Shown piece by piece: positions 52,863 to 63,772 of a DNA stretch of 64,000 nt. Numbering within the stretch: position 1 is the stretch's first letter; every line of letters starts with the position of its first letter. Under the pieces are notes generated by a model. That model made no database searches. It was given only the letters and a program-made list of their open reading frames with translations, and was not told where the DNA came from. Source of the DNA: an uncultured Clostridia bacterium (GTDB taxonomy: Bacteria; Bacillota; Clostridia; Oscillospirales; Acutalibacteraceae); the NCBI GenBank assembly GCA_946185555.1, contig CAMHKB010000001.1:7290-71289 (forward strand), written 5' to 3'. Made by a program: the position numbers and the translations under genes.

Positions 52863-53522
52863 TCATTGTTTTTCAGAATAATGATGAGCCTTTTCAAGCA
52901 GCATATCCTTGACCTTCATAAGTCTTGTACGGCTGCTCCTGTCATTTTCTTCAAGCTTCATTGAAATATACTTTATCGTTTCCTCATATCTTGGGATCAT
53001 AACATGTTCAAGCGAGTTAACACGCCTTCTTGTTTTTTCTATCTCCGCAGCCATCAGCTCGCAGCTTTTCTCCATCTCCGCAAGCCTGATAAGCTCCGGA
53101 AGAAGATCATTAAGCGATGTTACCGCATCGTCAAGCTCAAATGATGTAAAAGCAAACCCATAGGGATATATATCATTTTCATCAGAGCTTTCACTTACAG
53201 CAGAGAAAACAGGGACATCAACACTCATCACATTTTTCTGTCCGATATCAATACCCGTCTGCTGTTTCGAGGACATAAGAGAAGACTCTAAAGCTTCCCT
53301 GCTCATTACAGCACCTGCATTTGTAAACGCAGCACCGCAGGCTTTCAGCTTTTCCTCCACCTGATCCCTCAGCTTCTTATTCTCCTGTACAAGCTCAATA
53401 AACTGCCTCATAAGCTCGTCACGCTTGTCCTTAAGCATCTTGTGACCTCTTCTTGCTGTCTGGAGCTGTTTTTTTAGCTTTGTCATCTGCATTCTTGTCG
53501 GGTTCACATTCATTACAGCCAA
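52863..53522 (-). CDS. ntpD: V-type ATP synthase subunit D
   Basis: 219 aa: MNVNPTRMQMTKLKKQLQTARRGHKMLKDKRDELMRQF... is the canonical V/A-type D (central stalk) N-terminus. Confidence 0.9.
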   Translation of the reverse strand: MAVMNVNPTRMQMTKLKKQLQTARRGHKMLKDKRDELMRQFIELVQENKKLRDQVEEKLKACGAAFTNAGAVMSREALESSLMSSKQQTGIDIGQKNVMSVDVPVFSAVSESSDENDIYPYGFAFTSFELDDAVTSLNDLLPELIRLAEMEKSCELMAAEIEKTRRRVNSLEHVMIPRYEETIKYISMKLEENDRSSRTRLMKVKDMLLEKAHHYSEKQ

Positions 53523-53540
53523 TACGAAAACCTCCCGACT

Positions 53541-54914
53541 TTACTGTTTTCCATAATATTCATCAAGCATATCGTCCTTGATTCTCTTAAGCTCACTTCT
53601 CGGAAGAATTTGCAGCAGCTTCCATCCGGTATTAAGAGTATCCTCTATTGTACGGTTAGTAGTATAGCCCTGTGAAACATACTGTCTTTCAAACTGCTCC
53701 GCAAATTCAGCATATTTCTTGTCTATATCAGTAAGTGCTGCTTCGCCCAATACTATCATAAGCTCTCTTGCTTCCTTGCCTCTTGCATAGGCTGAGAAAA
53801 GCTGGTTCATAGTAGCGGCATGGTCTTCTCTTGTCCTGCCCTTGCCTATACCCTTATCCTTAAGACGTGAAAGAGACGGCAGAACATCTATAGGCGGCAT
53901 TATACCCTTTCTGTAAAGCTCACGGCTGAGGATTATCTGTCCCTCTGTGATATATCCGGTAAGGTCAGGTATCGGATGGGTCTTATCATCCTCCGGCATG
54001 GTAAGTATCGGAATAAGTGTTATGGAACCATTCTTGCCCTTCTGTCTTCCGGCTCTTTCATAAAGAGTAGCAAGGTTAGTATACATATATCCGGGGTAGC
54101 CTCTTCTTCCGGGTACTTCCTTACGTGCAGCCGAAACCTCACGCAGAGCGTCAGCATAGTTTGTAATATCCGTCATGATGACAAGAACGTGCATTCCCAT
54201 ATCAAATGCAAGGTATTCAGCAGCCGTCAGAGCCATTCTCGGTGTTGCAATACGCTCGATAGCCGGGTCGTTTGCAAGGTTCACAAACATTACAGTCCTG
54301 TCTATAGCGCCTGTTTCCTTGAACGACTGAACAAAGAAGTCAGACTCCTCATATGTTATACCCATTGCGGCGAATACAACAGCAAACTGCTCATTCTTTC
54401 CTCTTACGGCTGCCTGTCTTGCAATCTGGGCAGCAAGCTGTGCATGAGGAAGACCGGAAGCAGAGAAAATCGGCAGCTTCTGTCCTCTTACAAGAGTATT
54501 AAGACCGTCAATCGCTGAAATACCGGTCTGTATAAACTCCTGTGGATAGTCTCTTGCGGCAGGGTTCATAGGCGTACCGTTTATATCAAGACGCTTTTCC
54601 GGAATAATAGCCGGACCGCCGTCTATAGGATTTCCAAGACCGTCAAATACACGGGACAGCATATCACCCGATACAGGCAGCTCCATTGACTTGCCGAGGA
54701 ACCTTACCTTTGACTGGGCAAGATTGATACCGGCAGCTGAATCAAAAAGCTGTACAAGAGCATTAGTGCCTTCTACCTCAAGTACCTGACAGCGGCGTAT
54801 CTCACCGCCCGGCAGTTCAATTTCTCCAAGCTCGTTATAGGTAACGCCTTCAACATCCGTTACCATCATAAGAGGACCGGCAACCTCTTTTATTGTACGG
54901 TATTCCTTTGGCAT
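53541..54914 (-). CDS. ntpB: V-type ATP synthase subunit B
   Basis: 457 aa: [15 protein letters not shown]...[14 protein letters not shown]...[22 protein letters not shown]. Confidence 0.9.
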   Translation of the reverse strand: MPKEYRTIKEVAGPLMMVTDVEGVTYNELGEIELPGGEIRRCQVLEVEGTNALVQLFDSAAGINLAQSKVRFLGKSMELPVSGDMLSRVFDGLGNPIDGGPAIIPEKRLDINGTPMNPAARDYPQEFIQTGISAIDGLNTLVRGQKLPIFSASGLPHAQLAAQIARQAAVRGKNEQFAVVFAAMGITYEESDFFVQSFKETGAIDRTVMFVNLANDPAIERIATPRMALTAAEYLAFDMGMHVLVIMTDITNYADALREVSAARKEVPGRRGYPGYMYTNLATLYERAGRQKGKNGSITLIPILTMPEDDKTHPIPDLTGYITEGQIILSRELYRKGIMPPIDVLPSLSRLKDKGIGKGRTREDHAATMNQLFSAYARGKEARELMIVLGEAALTDIDKKYAEFAEQFERQYVSQGYTTNRTIEDTLNTGWKLLQILPRSELKRIKDDMLDEYYGKQ

Positions 54915-56680
54915 CAGTCCTCACTCCTTTCAATAACATCCTTTATTTCCTTATCCATAATAGCCTTTATCGACTCAAATTCCTGATCTATCTGATTTTC
55001 GCTTTCATACTTGAATCTGCCTATACGTTCTCTTACAAGCATACCCACAAGCAGATTTATATCAGCTCCTGCCTGCAAAGCCTCAAGTGACTTATCATAG
55101 CAAAGAAGAATAGCTCTCATCATAAGAACCTGCTTTTTAATTGATGTATATGTATCTGTTGCGTCAAAAGCATTCTGGTGCAGATAGTCCTCTCTGATAG
55201 CTCTTGCAGTTTCAAGCTTGAGTCTGTCAGAAGCGGAAAGTGCGTCCATACCTACAAGGTTTACAATTTCCTGTAGTTCGGCTTCATCCTGAAGCATATT
55301 CATAAGTCTGCCCCTGAGCTCCATAAAGTCCTCCGAAGCATTTTCTTTGTACCACTTTGAAAGCTGATCTGTATACAAAGAATAGCTTGTCAGCCAGTTG
55401 ATAGCCGGGAAGTGACGTCTGTACGCAAGGTTAGCGTCAAGACCCCAGAACACCTTTACTATTCTCAGAGTAGCCTGAGATACCGGCTCGGAGATATCAC
55501 CGCCTGGAGGAGAAACAGCACCGATAACGGAGAGTGCGCCCTCTGTTTCCTTCTGACCTCTTACTATTACACGTCCGGCTCTTTCATAGAACTGAGCAAG
55601 ACGGCTGCCAAGGTATGCAGGATAACCCTCTTCACCGGGCATTTCTTCAAGACGTCCGGACATTTCACGAAGAGCCTCAGCCCAGCGTGATGTTGAATCC
55701 GCCATAAGAGCTACTGTATAGCCCATATCTCTGAAATATTCAGCAATCGTTATACCTGTATAAATTGACGCTTCACGTGCGGCAACAGGCATATCAGATG
55801 TATTTGCGATAAGAACAGTTCTTTCCATAAGTGAGTTTCCTGTTTTCGGGTCTTTAAGCTCCGGGAACTCATTAAGAACGTCCGTCATTTCATTGCCGCG
55901 CTCGCCGCAGCCTATATATACTATTATATCCGCAGCAGCCCATTTTGCAAGCTGATGCTGTACAACTGTTTTACCTGAACCGAAAGGACCCGGAACAGCT
56001 GCTACACCGCCCTTTGCAATCGGGAAAAGAGTATCAATAACTCTCTGACCTGTGGTAAGCAGTATATCAGGAGAAAGCTTTCTCTTATAAGGTCTGCCTA
56101 CACGGACAGGCCACTTTGTCGCCATACAGATATCCTGCTTTTTGCCGTTATTTTCAACAACAGCGACTGCATCATCAATTGTGTAATCGCCCTCTTTTAT
56201 CTGTCTGACAACACCGCTTATCTTATCCGGTACAAGTATCTTATGAAGTACTGCATGGGTTTCCTGAACTGTACCGATTATGTCGCCCGGCTCAACCTTA
56301 TCTCCAACTTTGACTGTCGGACAGAAATGCCACTTCTTCTTATGATCCAGTGACGGCACTTCAACACCTCTTGTAAGGTTGTTGCCGACCTGTTTCATTA
56401 TCTCATTCAGCGGTCTTTGAATACCGTCATAAATAGCTCCTATAAGACCGGGACCAAGCTCAACAGAAAGCGGTGCTCCTGTAGACTCAACTTCTTCGCC
56501 CGGACCAAGACCGGAAGTCTCCTCATATACCTGTATAGAAGCCTTATCGCCGTGCATCTCTATGATCTCACCGATCAGTCTTTGTTTACTTACACGCACA
56601 ACGTCAAACATATTTGCGTCACGCATTCCCTCTGCAATTACAAGAGGTCCTGCCACCTTTGTTATTATTCCGTTTGCCAA
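54914..56680 (-). CDS. ntpA: V-type ATP synthase catalytic subunit A
   Basis: 588 aa with Walker [44 protein letters not shown] start at 56680 after GAAGGGGTG, and a 1-nt overlap with ntpB. Confidence 0.9.
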   Translation of the reverse strand: MANGIITKVAGPLVIAEGMRDANMFDVVRVSKQRLIGEIIEMHGDKASIQVYEETSGLGPGEEVESTGAPLSVELGPGLIGAIYDGIQRPLNEIMKQVGNNLTRGVEVPSLDHKKKWHFCPTVKVGDKVEPGDIIGTVQETHAVLHKILVPDKISGVVRQIKEGDYTIDDAVAVVENNGKKQDICMATKWPVRVGRPYKRKLSPDILLTTGQRVIDTLFPIAKGGVAAVPGPFGSGKTVVQHQLAKWAAADIIVYIGCGERGNEMTDVLNEFPELKDPKTGNSLMERTVLIANTSDMPVAAREASIYTGITIAEYFRDMGYTVALMADSTSRWAEALREMSGRLEEMPGEEGYPAYLGSRLAQFYERAGRVIVRGQKETEGALSVIGAVSPPGGDISEPVSQATLRIVKVFWGLDANLAYRRHFPAINWLTSYSLYTDQLSKWYKENASEDFMELRGRLMNMLQDEAELQEIVNLVGMDALSASDRLKLETARAIREDYLHQNAFDATDTYTSIKKQVLMMRAILLCYDKSLEALQAGADINLLVGMLVRERIGRFKYESENQIDQEFESIKAIMDKEIKDVIERSED

Positions 56681-56702
56681 ATTCTACACCCCTTCTATTT
56701 AT

Positions 56703-59700
56703 TTAAAAATCCTTTTTTCCCTGATCAAGACGTTTAGGCATGTTTTCCTCCAGAGCAAAGGTCGTAGATTTAGTTACGCTGTGCATTGAATAATACAGTG
56801 CCTTGCCCGCAGCATCAAAAAGCTCCTCGAACGACTGACCGTCATCAGGATATATGCTTATTCCAACCTTGCCTTTTACGCTGACCTCTTCCTTATCATC
56901 TCTGAATGTATTATCAAGGGCAGCAATTATTGACTGCGCCTTTTCAGTAAGCTTGGTACGGCTGCCCAGACCCTTCACAAAAATAAGGAACTGAGACCCG
57001 TTAATTCTTCCTATTATATCGCTGTCCCTGAAAAGCTCCCTGACATTTTCAGCTGACTCCTTCAGAACAGCATTTGCAAATGGTTTTCCAAATTCCTTCT
57101 CAACACGGTCGAATCCGCATATTTCAGCAACGATTACCGCATGAGTTCCGGAAACACCTTCATCATAAAGATAGCTCTTTATCTTATTCTCAGCCGCCGT
57201 CTTATTATACAGATTAGTTATATAATCTGTTCTGTCTTTTCTTGAGCTGTCCTCACTCATAGTAGAACGCTCTTCTGAGACATCTGCGCATACGGCCATT
57301 ATCTTTGCCGGAACACCAGCGGCATTTCTCACTGCTACAAAATGTATCCTGTTCCAGACATAAGTCTCGTTATTTGCATTATATACACGAACCAGACATT
57401 CTGTATCATCGCTTTCAGACCGTGCAAAATTTATCTTCTCAATAAACTTCTTCACATCATCTGAATGCAGCAAGCCTGATTTTCTGATATTTTTCACAAA
57501 TTCAAATACCGGCGGCTTATATCCGTACATTTTTTCAAAAGAACCCGAAAACTTCACGCTGTCAAGTCTCGGTATCCACTCAAAGATAAATGACCTTGTC
57601 TGTTCAAGTATCTCATCATACAGCTTGTCGCTCATTTCAAGTGAATTTTTCTTTCCTGAATCCAGAGCCGGATACAGCCTTTCATCTCCGTCAGAACTTG
57701 TAAAAATAGAAACAAACTCATCACTGCTGAGAAATTCCTGACTGTAGATACCGAACGACGTTCCCGTTCTTTTGATAACCTGCTTTATTACCTCATTATC
57801 GGTATGTACAGGAAAATATGTATATACGCCTGCCCCGGCAAAGCAGTCCATCAGGCAGACAGCCGCTTCAACAGGTATCAGACCATCCGATATTTCAGTA
57901 ACAAATGATGTAGAAAAAGTTATCCTGTCCACCAGATGCTTAGTGAATATCTTGGTACTTACGCAGTTCATTCCCACATTATATACGCCTATCTCAAAGC
58001 CATGACCTCTCAGAATTTCAGTAAATTCCACAGCCCTTCTCATATCCATCTCATTGAGCATATCCTGAGTCAGGTTTATGCAGACATTGTGACAGTTTAT
58101 CGGATAGAAGCTAAGTATGTCCTCAAGCACTTTTGCAACAACATCCCCGTCGTTTCCGCTGAATATTGTCGTAACTGTCAGTTTAGGCAAAATTATGCAG
58201 TCCTGCTCAAACTTATATATAACTGAAAAAATACGTCTCAGGCTGTTAAGGCTCACAGCGGTGATATTTGTTGTGCCGTAAAGAGACGCATAAACATCAT
58301 CAAAATCATAACCTTCATCTTCATTATCCACAGAGGTCTCTATAACATCATATGATACAGCCATATCAGTACTACTGTCAAAAGCAGGAATGAAATGCCG
58401 CTCAAAATCTACGACATGACTATTAAGCTCTCTTCCGTTTACAAAGGTACTCAGCTCAAAGCTGTCACGCATATTGTCATTATAGAAAAGATACATATTC
58501 TTTCCGTTTATCTTTCCTATGTCAACAGCCTTTGTAGCGTTGGCAAAAAGTTTATCAAATGTCTTGCCGTACTTCGGATATTCAGCAACACCAATGCAGG
58601 CCGAAAGCTCAGGGTATGTAACACCGTCAAATTCATATATCTTATGAAGCTTTCTGAAAATATTGTCAACTATAGAAATAGTTTCCTCTTTTGAAGGAAC
58701 ATCCTTTACAAACACAATGAAATTATCGTCCTCTACCCTGCCAGTTATGCTTGACTCGCTGAACTGCTGACGAAGAATACTTCCGATATCCTTAAGGATC
58801 TCATTTCCGAAACGGTATCCTGTTCTGCGGTTAATACTGCGGAACCCGTCAATATCAATAAGTATCAGCAGATGAGTGCCGTTCCTTCCGGAGTTGGCTA
58901 TAAAATCGCTTACCTCATTTTTCAGACCATTATAGTTCCACAGTCCTGTAACAGGGTCTCTGTCAGTCAGTATCTCATCAAGACTTGAGGTAACAGTACT
59001 GTGACTCAAAGTCTCGATACTTACAAATATCTTTGATACCGCTCCGTCCTCCTCAACAGGAACAGCAGTACACCTTACCCCGGCATAAATATCGCTGCCA
59101 AGCTTCATAGGACATTCAAGTACTATTCTCTCATTGCCGTTTTTTAATTCCCCGACAATATGCTCCGTCCGGAAAGCACGTCTGAATATATTCCTGTACT
59201 CCTCAGACACAAGCTCTCCCAGAAGCATAACAGCCTCTGAATAATTCTTCGGTTCATAACCGACAAGATCATTGAAGCTTCCCTTCCTGTCCAGTGTGAT
59301 ATCCTTTTTTATGTCAAACTCAAATACATAATCAGAAACACGGTTGAGTATCTCGCCGTTCTTTTTCACTGATTTCTGCATTTCTTCCTTTTGATTTTCA
59401 ATAGTACGGATAAGCTGTTCCCTGTCCATTTTACGGTAGATATCGCGGCTTTCCTTTTCAGTATCTTCCGTAAGCTTTGTTTCGTCGCCCTTAGACAATC
59501 TGCTGTCATCATGATTGACATCAGCGTACTCCTGCGCAAGAGCTTTAAATTCGCCCAATGACGCAGAGAAACACTCCATCATTTCATCGGAAAATTTTCC
59601 GCAGGCACCTGTTCTTATCATATCTACCGCCTGCTCATGAGAAAAAGCCGCTTTGTACGGTCTTTCGCTTGTCAGTGCGTCATAGCAGTCCGCAACCGAT

Positions 59701-60605
59701 ACTACCTGAGCCCAGATAGGAATTTCATCGCCTTTCAGACCGTCAGGGTATCCCATTCCGTCATACTTTTCATGGTGATAGCGGCATATATCATAGCAGT
59801 ATGTGAAATATTCATTCTTTTCCACCGTATCAAGCTGATCAAGCAGATCACAGCCCTTGACGGTATGCTGCTTCATCACCTTGAACTCATCGTAGGTAAG
59901 TCTTCTCGGACTGAGCAGTATAGAATCAGGTATTGCTATTTTTCCGATATCATGCAGAGACGATGCCGACGCAATAAGATTCATCTTTTCCTCAGTCATC
60001 TTATATTCCGGATGCTTTCCGGCAAGATGCCTTAGCATTACTTCCGTAAATTTCTTTATCCTGTGAATATGTCTTCCCGACTCCACATCACGGTATTCTA
60101 TAACCGTACTCAAAGTGTCCAGCATATCATTATTGATAGTATTGATCTTTTTCTGCTGATCCTTCATAACCTTATTCTGAGACACGATCTTTTCGGTCTG
60201 TTTTTCTACCAGATCCTCAAGCTCGTTTTTATGCGAATAAAGCTCTACCAGATTGCCGACTCTTTTCTGTATCACAAAAGGATTCACAGGCGAAGAAACA
60301 ACATCGCTGAAATGCAGATCAATATTCATCTGCTTCATACGGGAGCTGTTGTTATTCAGAATAAGCAGCACCGGAATATTCTCAAACACCTTAAGATTAG
60401 TCAGAGTTCCGACTATCTCCTTTGTGAAGTTTTTAGCAATACTCTCATTTATCAGTATAATAGATATACTGTTCCTATATTGCAATATCATCTGAAAAGC
60501 TGTTTCACTTCCTGAAGCCTGCACGATCTCAAATTCAGAGGAAAAAATTTCGTGGATAATCGACTTGTTCATCTCTGTATTATCCGCAAGCAGCAACTTT
60601 TTCAA
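56703..60605 (-). CDS. multidomain c-di-GMP signalling protein: receiver-like domain, HD-GYP, degenerate GGDEF, degenerate EAL-like, second degenerate GGDEF
   Basis: 1300 aa. Residues 1 to about 120 are CheY-like, but the acceptor position reads IILINESI. HD-GYP is intact (SLHDIGKIAIP, YHHEKYDGMGYPDG). GGDEF domain 1 has GRVEDDNFIVFV at the GG(D/E)EF site. The central region follows an EAL scaffold with INLTQ, YNVGMN and RITFS in place of EiTE, DDFGtG and KiD. GGDEF domain 2 has GRINGSQFLIFV. Confidence 0.8.
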   Translation of the reverse strand: MKKLLLADNTEMNKSIIHEIFSSEFEIVQASGSETAFQMILQYRNSISIILINESIAKNFTKEIVGTLTNLKVFENIPVLLILNNNSSRMKQMNIDLHFSDVVSSPVNPFVIQKRVGNLVELYSHKNELEDLVEKQTEKIVSQNKVMKDQQKKINTINNDMLDTLSTVIEYRDVESGRHIHRIKKFTEVMLRHLAGKHPEYKMTEEKMNLIASASSLHDIGKIAIPDSILLSPRRLTYDEFKVMKQHTVKGCDLLDQLDTVEKNEYFTYCYDICRYHHEKYDGMGYPDGLKGDEIPIWAQVVSVADCYDALTSERPYKAAFSHEQAVDMIRTGACGKFSDEMMECFSASLGEFKALAQEYADVNHDDSRLSKGDETKLTEDTEKESRDIYRKMDREQLIRTIENQKEEMQKSVKKNGEILNRVSDYVFEFDIKKDITLDRKGSFNDLVGYEPKNYSEAVMLLGELVSEEYRNIFRRAFRTEHIVGELKNGNERIVLECPMKLGSDIYAGVRCTAVPVEEDGAVSKIFVSIETLSHSTVTSSLDEILTDRDPVTGLWNYNGLKNEVSDFIANSGRNGTHLLILIDIDGFRSINRRTGYRFGNEILKDIGSILRQQFSESSITGRVEDDNFIVFVKDVPSKEETISIVDNIFRKLHKIYEFDGVTYPELSACIGVAEYPKYGKTFDKLFANATKAVDIGKINGKNMYLFYNDNMRDSFELSTFVNGRELNSHVVDFERHFIPAFDSSTDMAVSYDVIETSVDNEDEGYDFDDVYASLYGTTNITAVSLNSLRRIFSVIYKFEQDCIILPKLTVTTIFSGNDGDVVAKVLEDILSFYPINCHNVCINLTQDMLNEMDMRRAVEFTEILRGHGFEIGVYNVGMNCVSTKIFTKHLVDRITFSTSFVTEISDGLIPVEAAVCLMDCFAGAGVYTYFPVHTDNEVIKQVIKRTGTSFGIYSQEFLSSDEFVSIFTSSDGDERLYPALDSGKKNSLEMSDKLYDEILEQTRSFIFEWIPRLDSVKFSGSFEKMYGYKPPVFEFVKNIRKSGLLHSDDVKKFIEKINFARSESDDTECLVRVYNANNETYVWNRIHFVAVRNAAGVPAKIMAVCADVSEERSTMSEDSSRKDRTDYITNLYNKTAAENKIKSYLYDEGVSGTHAVIVAEICGFDRVEKEFGKPFANAVLKESAENVRELFRDSDIIGRINGSQFLIFVKGLGSRTKLTEKAQSIIAALDNTFRDDKEEVSVKGKVGISIYPDDGQSFEELFDAAGKALYYSMHSVTKSTTFALEENMPKRLDQGKKDF

Positions 60606-60880
60606 TATAATTACCCCCTGAGCAGAGCATTAATAGTATCGTTAATCCGCAAGATACACCATGCTCATTATTCAATAATTTCCTAACATAGATTATACAC
60701 TTTCATTTCCCGTTTGTATACAGTTTTTTGTATTTTTGTCAAATACAAAAAATATTAAAACGATTTTTTGTTGCTTTTGTATATGAACATGCAAATATAA
60801 TGTATAAAACTGTAAATCATTGAATAAAACTGAACCTCAGGCTTATCCTTTCCTCAAAAAAATAAATTATCAATACAATA

Positions 60881-60902
60881 CTGCCGCACGCATGTACGGC
60901 AG
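60881..60902 (-). terminator. possible terminator after rpe
   Basis: CTGCCG (60881-60886) pairs with CGGCAG (60897-60902). T-rich sequence follows on the minus strand (TATTGTATTGATAATTTATTTTTTT). Confidence 0.5.
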
Positions 60903-60913
60903 CATTATTTTTA

Positions 60914-61567
60914 TTAATTTCCTCTCATTATATCCATAGCTGATTCCGGATCATCAGCCTTGAAAACACCAGTACCCGATACTGCAACATCTGCGCCGGC
61001 ATCCGCTGCCTGCCTTGCGGTTTTTACAGATATACCTCCGTCAACCTCCACAAGCACATCAAGAGACCGCCTTTTTATCTCCTGCTTTATTGCGCTTACC
61101 TTAGGCATCATATCAGCCATAAACGACTGCCCGCCAAATCCCGGTTCAACAGTCATAACAAGCACCATATACACCTTATCAAGATAGGGAAACACTGCCT
61201 GCGCCGGAGTTTTCGGCTTTACAACAACTCCCGGTCTGACACCAAAGCTTTTTATTTTATCTATCACCTCATCGGGATCACAGTCTGCCTCCACATGAAA
61301 TGTAATGATATCTGCCCCGGCTTTTGCAAAGGGTTCTACATAGCTCAGCGGATCATCTATCATAAGATGTACATCAAAGGGCAGCTTCGTATAAGGACGG
61401 ACAGCCTTGACTATCCCCGGACCTATTGTAAGATTAGGTACAAAATGCCCATCCATTACATCAAGGTGAACAAAATCAGCTCCCGCCTTGTCTATCCGCT
61501 GAACCTCTTCGCCCATCCTTGCAAAATCACAGCTCAGAAGAGACGGCGCTATCTTCATACTTATCAT
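60914..61567 (-). CDS. rpe: ribulose-phosphate 3-epimerase
   Basis: 217 aa: IAPSLLSCDFARMGEE...HLDVMDGHFVPNLT...DVHLM...VNPGFGGQ-like (EPGFGGQSF)...EVDGGI. Confidence 0.9.
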   Translation of the reverse strand: MISMKIAPSLLSCDFARMGEEVQRIDKAGADFVHLDVMDGHFVPNLTIGPGIVKAVRPYTKLPFDVHLMIDDPLSYVEPFAKAGADIITFHVEADCDPDEVIDKIKSFGVRPGVVVKPKTPAQAVFPYLDKVYMVLVMTVEPGFGGQSFMADMMPKVSAIKQEIKRRSLDVLVEVDGGISVKTARQAADAGADVAVSGTGVFKADDPESAMDIMRGN

Positions 61568-61588
61568 CCTCCGTTTTATCTCAGTGCG

Positions 61589-63772
61589 TCATGAAAGCTT
61601 TCTTGCAGCAATTGACACTATTATCATAGCTGCACACCAGAAGCCTATGTACAGAAGAAGCTCCACACTTCCGAGCTTTGCAAAGCCCGAAACAAAGGCT
61701 ATTATTGTAACAAGAATAAAACCAGCAATTATGGATAAATACTGTACTATCTTGGCAATTGTAATAGTAGACCTTATCCTTATACATCCTGCAACAGCCT
61801 TCGCAAAGGAAGAAAGCCTGCCGTCAGTTACGAGATATGCTCTTGAAGATTTTTCCTTGCCGCTAAGCTCCTCATGGCAAGCCTGTCCGACCACTGTAGG
61901 CAGAATCTTTATACATTTCGGATAAAGACCAAACTTCTCTGCAATATGCTTCTGATTGACATTCGGATCTAAGGTTCTCACAACGAAATTCACTCCGCTG
62001 TCTTCAAGCTCTCTCAGTCCTTCAGCTATAGCCCTGTCTACCTTGTATGTAAGAATGAACATGACAGCAACCTCGCCTGCGACCGAAATATAAACTATTT
62101 CGTTTCCTCTTTTGCGGTATCTTGCTTCTATCGACTCATCAGGCAGACGTATATTATGCTTGACAAAAAGCTCTCTTCTGCCGATAAGTATCCTGTTGCC
62201 GCTGCACCAGCCTGAAAGTCCCATATCGTCCACATATGATACGCTTTCATACTCCGGCAGATCAACCTTTGACTGACGTACTATAGTTTCAAACACATGG
62301 GTAAGCGGTCCGTTTACAGCAAATGTCATGGACGCTCCAGCCGAAATAGCTTCACGAAGCTTGCTTTCATTAAGGGTCTTCATACCGCTTAGGACTATAT
62401 TACCCTTGGGATAGAGGTCAGACGATTCAAACATAATGGTATTGGTATCGCTGAACTGCTTAACGGCTTCATAGCCTACTATCATAGCACCGCTGCGGTT
62501 TGCTGACGCACAGAGGTTAAGCATAGGAATATTCACTGCTAACAGACTGCACATCGGCAGGGTTATACAGGACGCCATCGCAAAGAACGACACGCCTCCT
62601 ACAAGATCTGACGACACAATACCATAGGTCACAGCAGCTGCAAGGGAGATAAATGCAAAAATTGGTGCCAGTACGGCAGAAAGCTCTTCGACCGGATCTG
62701 ACGCATACGACAGCTGAAGGAAATTGCTCATAAATTCAGACAGTTTGCTGTATGCAATTATCGGTCTGCGTGAGGACAGACCGCTTACAAATCTGTCCGC
62801 ATTTTCTGAATTTGTATATATCTTACCGGCATATTCAGCCTTATCGCTGCGCAGGAAACGGAAGTTATCCGCTGTTCTGCGTATTATCAGAAGCTTGCCC
62901 ATACTGTTCAGAAGCAGCGCCAGTATCAGCAGCGGAACATAAATATGATAGGTTTCGTTCAGAAATACATCCGGCTGGAAAAGCGATACAATAGACTGTA
63001 CAGCAGCTGCAAGCGATGCAACTGCAAGCGGCGTATCACTGTTTCCCCTGAACCTTTTCAAAGGAGTAAAACCGTTGAATATAGGAAATCTCGAAAGATA
63101 AACAGAAACAAGGAACAGCAAAAACATTATAGCAGAATATACCAGCCAGCCGTTTTTCATATTATTTACGAATATCTGAGGCATGGTTTTGGCAACTACA
63201 ACGGTAATTATTGAACCAAGACAGGTACAAAGCAAAACAAGTGTTCGTACAAATACCTTGCTGAAATTCTCGTTTATATCATCTCTTATTTCTCCGGCAT
63301 CCTCTGCCTTTGAGTAATCGGATATTTCTGTCTTTACGACCTCTTCCTCTTCCTCCTCGTCAAATCTGTCACCCTCATAGTCAAAAATATCTCTGAATCT
63401 GAATTTTTTCTTTTCATTTCTTTTTGACTTATCAGAAGCTTTTGCGGAAGAACGAACAGCCTTTTCCTTTTGCTTTACCGGTGCAGTCTTTTTCTTCTTA
63501 TTTTCCTCACCGTTTATCTTTGTGACCTTTGGAATGTGCTCCGGCGGCTTATGCGCTGAATTTGTCTTTTTTTCCGGCGCATCGGCATTAATATGTACAG
63601 GCTCTGATATCTTCACAGGCTTTTTTACGGCTGACGGTCTGACAGGCTTTTTCACTTCCTGGGATGGTTCTGACGTTACCGGCTTTTCAGGCTCTGACTC
63701 CTTTCTCATCCGTCTGGTACTCTCGTATTCAGCCTTGAGAGTTCTGCTGAACTTGCCTGCCATAACAACCAA
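61589..63772 (-). CDS. P-type (P1B-like) ATPase homologue with degenerate catalytic motifs and a Lys/Glu-rich disordered N-terminus; frame stays open to the window edge
   Basis: The order of TM helices and P/N-domains resembles a heavy-metal ATPase. NTIMFESSDLYPKG sits where DKTGTLT is expected, VVRTLDPNVN where TGDN is expected, YLVTDGRLSSFAKA where GDGxNDxP is expected, and SCITLPMCS where the CPC helix is expected. The same frame has no stop between 63773 and 64000, so the true N-terminus may lie beyond the window. Confidence 0.6.
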   Translation of the reverse strand: MVVMAGKFSRTLKAEYESTRRMRKESEPEKPVTSEPSQEVKKPVRPSAVKKPVKISEPVHINADAPEKKTNSAHKPPEHIPKVTKINGEENKKKKTAPVKQKEKAVRSSAKASDKSKRNEKKKFRFRDIFDYEGDRFDEEEEEEVVKTEISDYSKAEDAGEIRDDINENFSKVFVRTLVLLCTCLGSIITVVVAKTMPQIFVNNMKNGWLVYSAIMFLLFLVSVYLSRFPIFNGFTPLKRFRGNSDTPLAVASLAAAVQSIVSLFQPDVFLNETYHIYVPLLILALLLNSMGKLLIIRRTADNFRFLRSDKAEYAGKIYTNSENADRFVSGLSSRRPIIAYSKLSEFMSNFLQLSYASDPVEELSAVLAPIFAFISLAAAVTYGIVSSDLVGGVSFFAMASCITLPMCSLLAVNIPMLNLCASANRSGAMIVGYEAVKQFSDTNTIMFESSDLYPKGNIVLSGMKTLNESKLREAISAGASMTFAVNGPLTHVFETIVRQSKVDLPEYESVSYVDDMGLSGWCSGNRILIGRRELFVKHNIRLPDESIEARYRKRGNEIVYISVAGEVAVMFILTYKVDRAIAEGLRELEDSGVNFVVRTLDPNVNQKHIAEKFGLYPKCIKILPTVVGQACHEELSGKEKSSRAYLVTDGRLSSFAKAVAGCIRIRSTITIAKIVQYLSIIAGFILVTIIAFVSGFAKLGSVELLLYIGFWCAAMIIVSIAARKLS

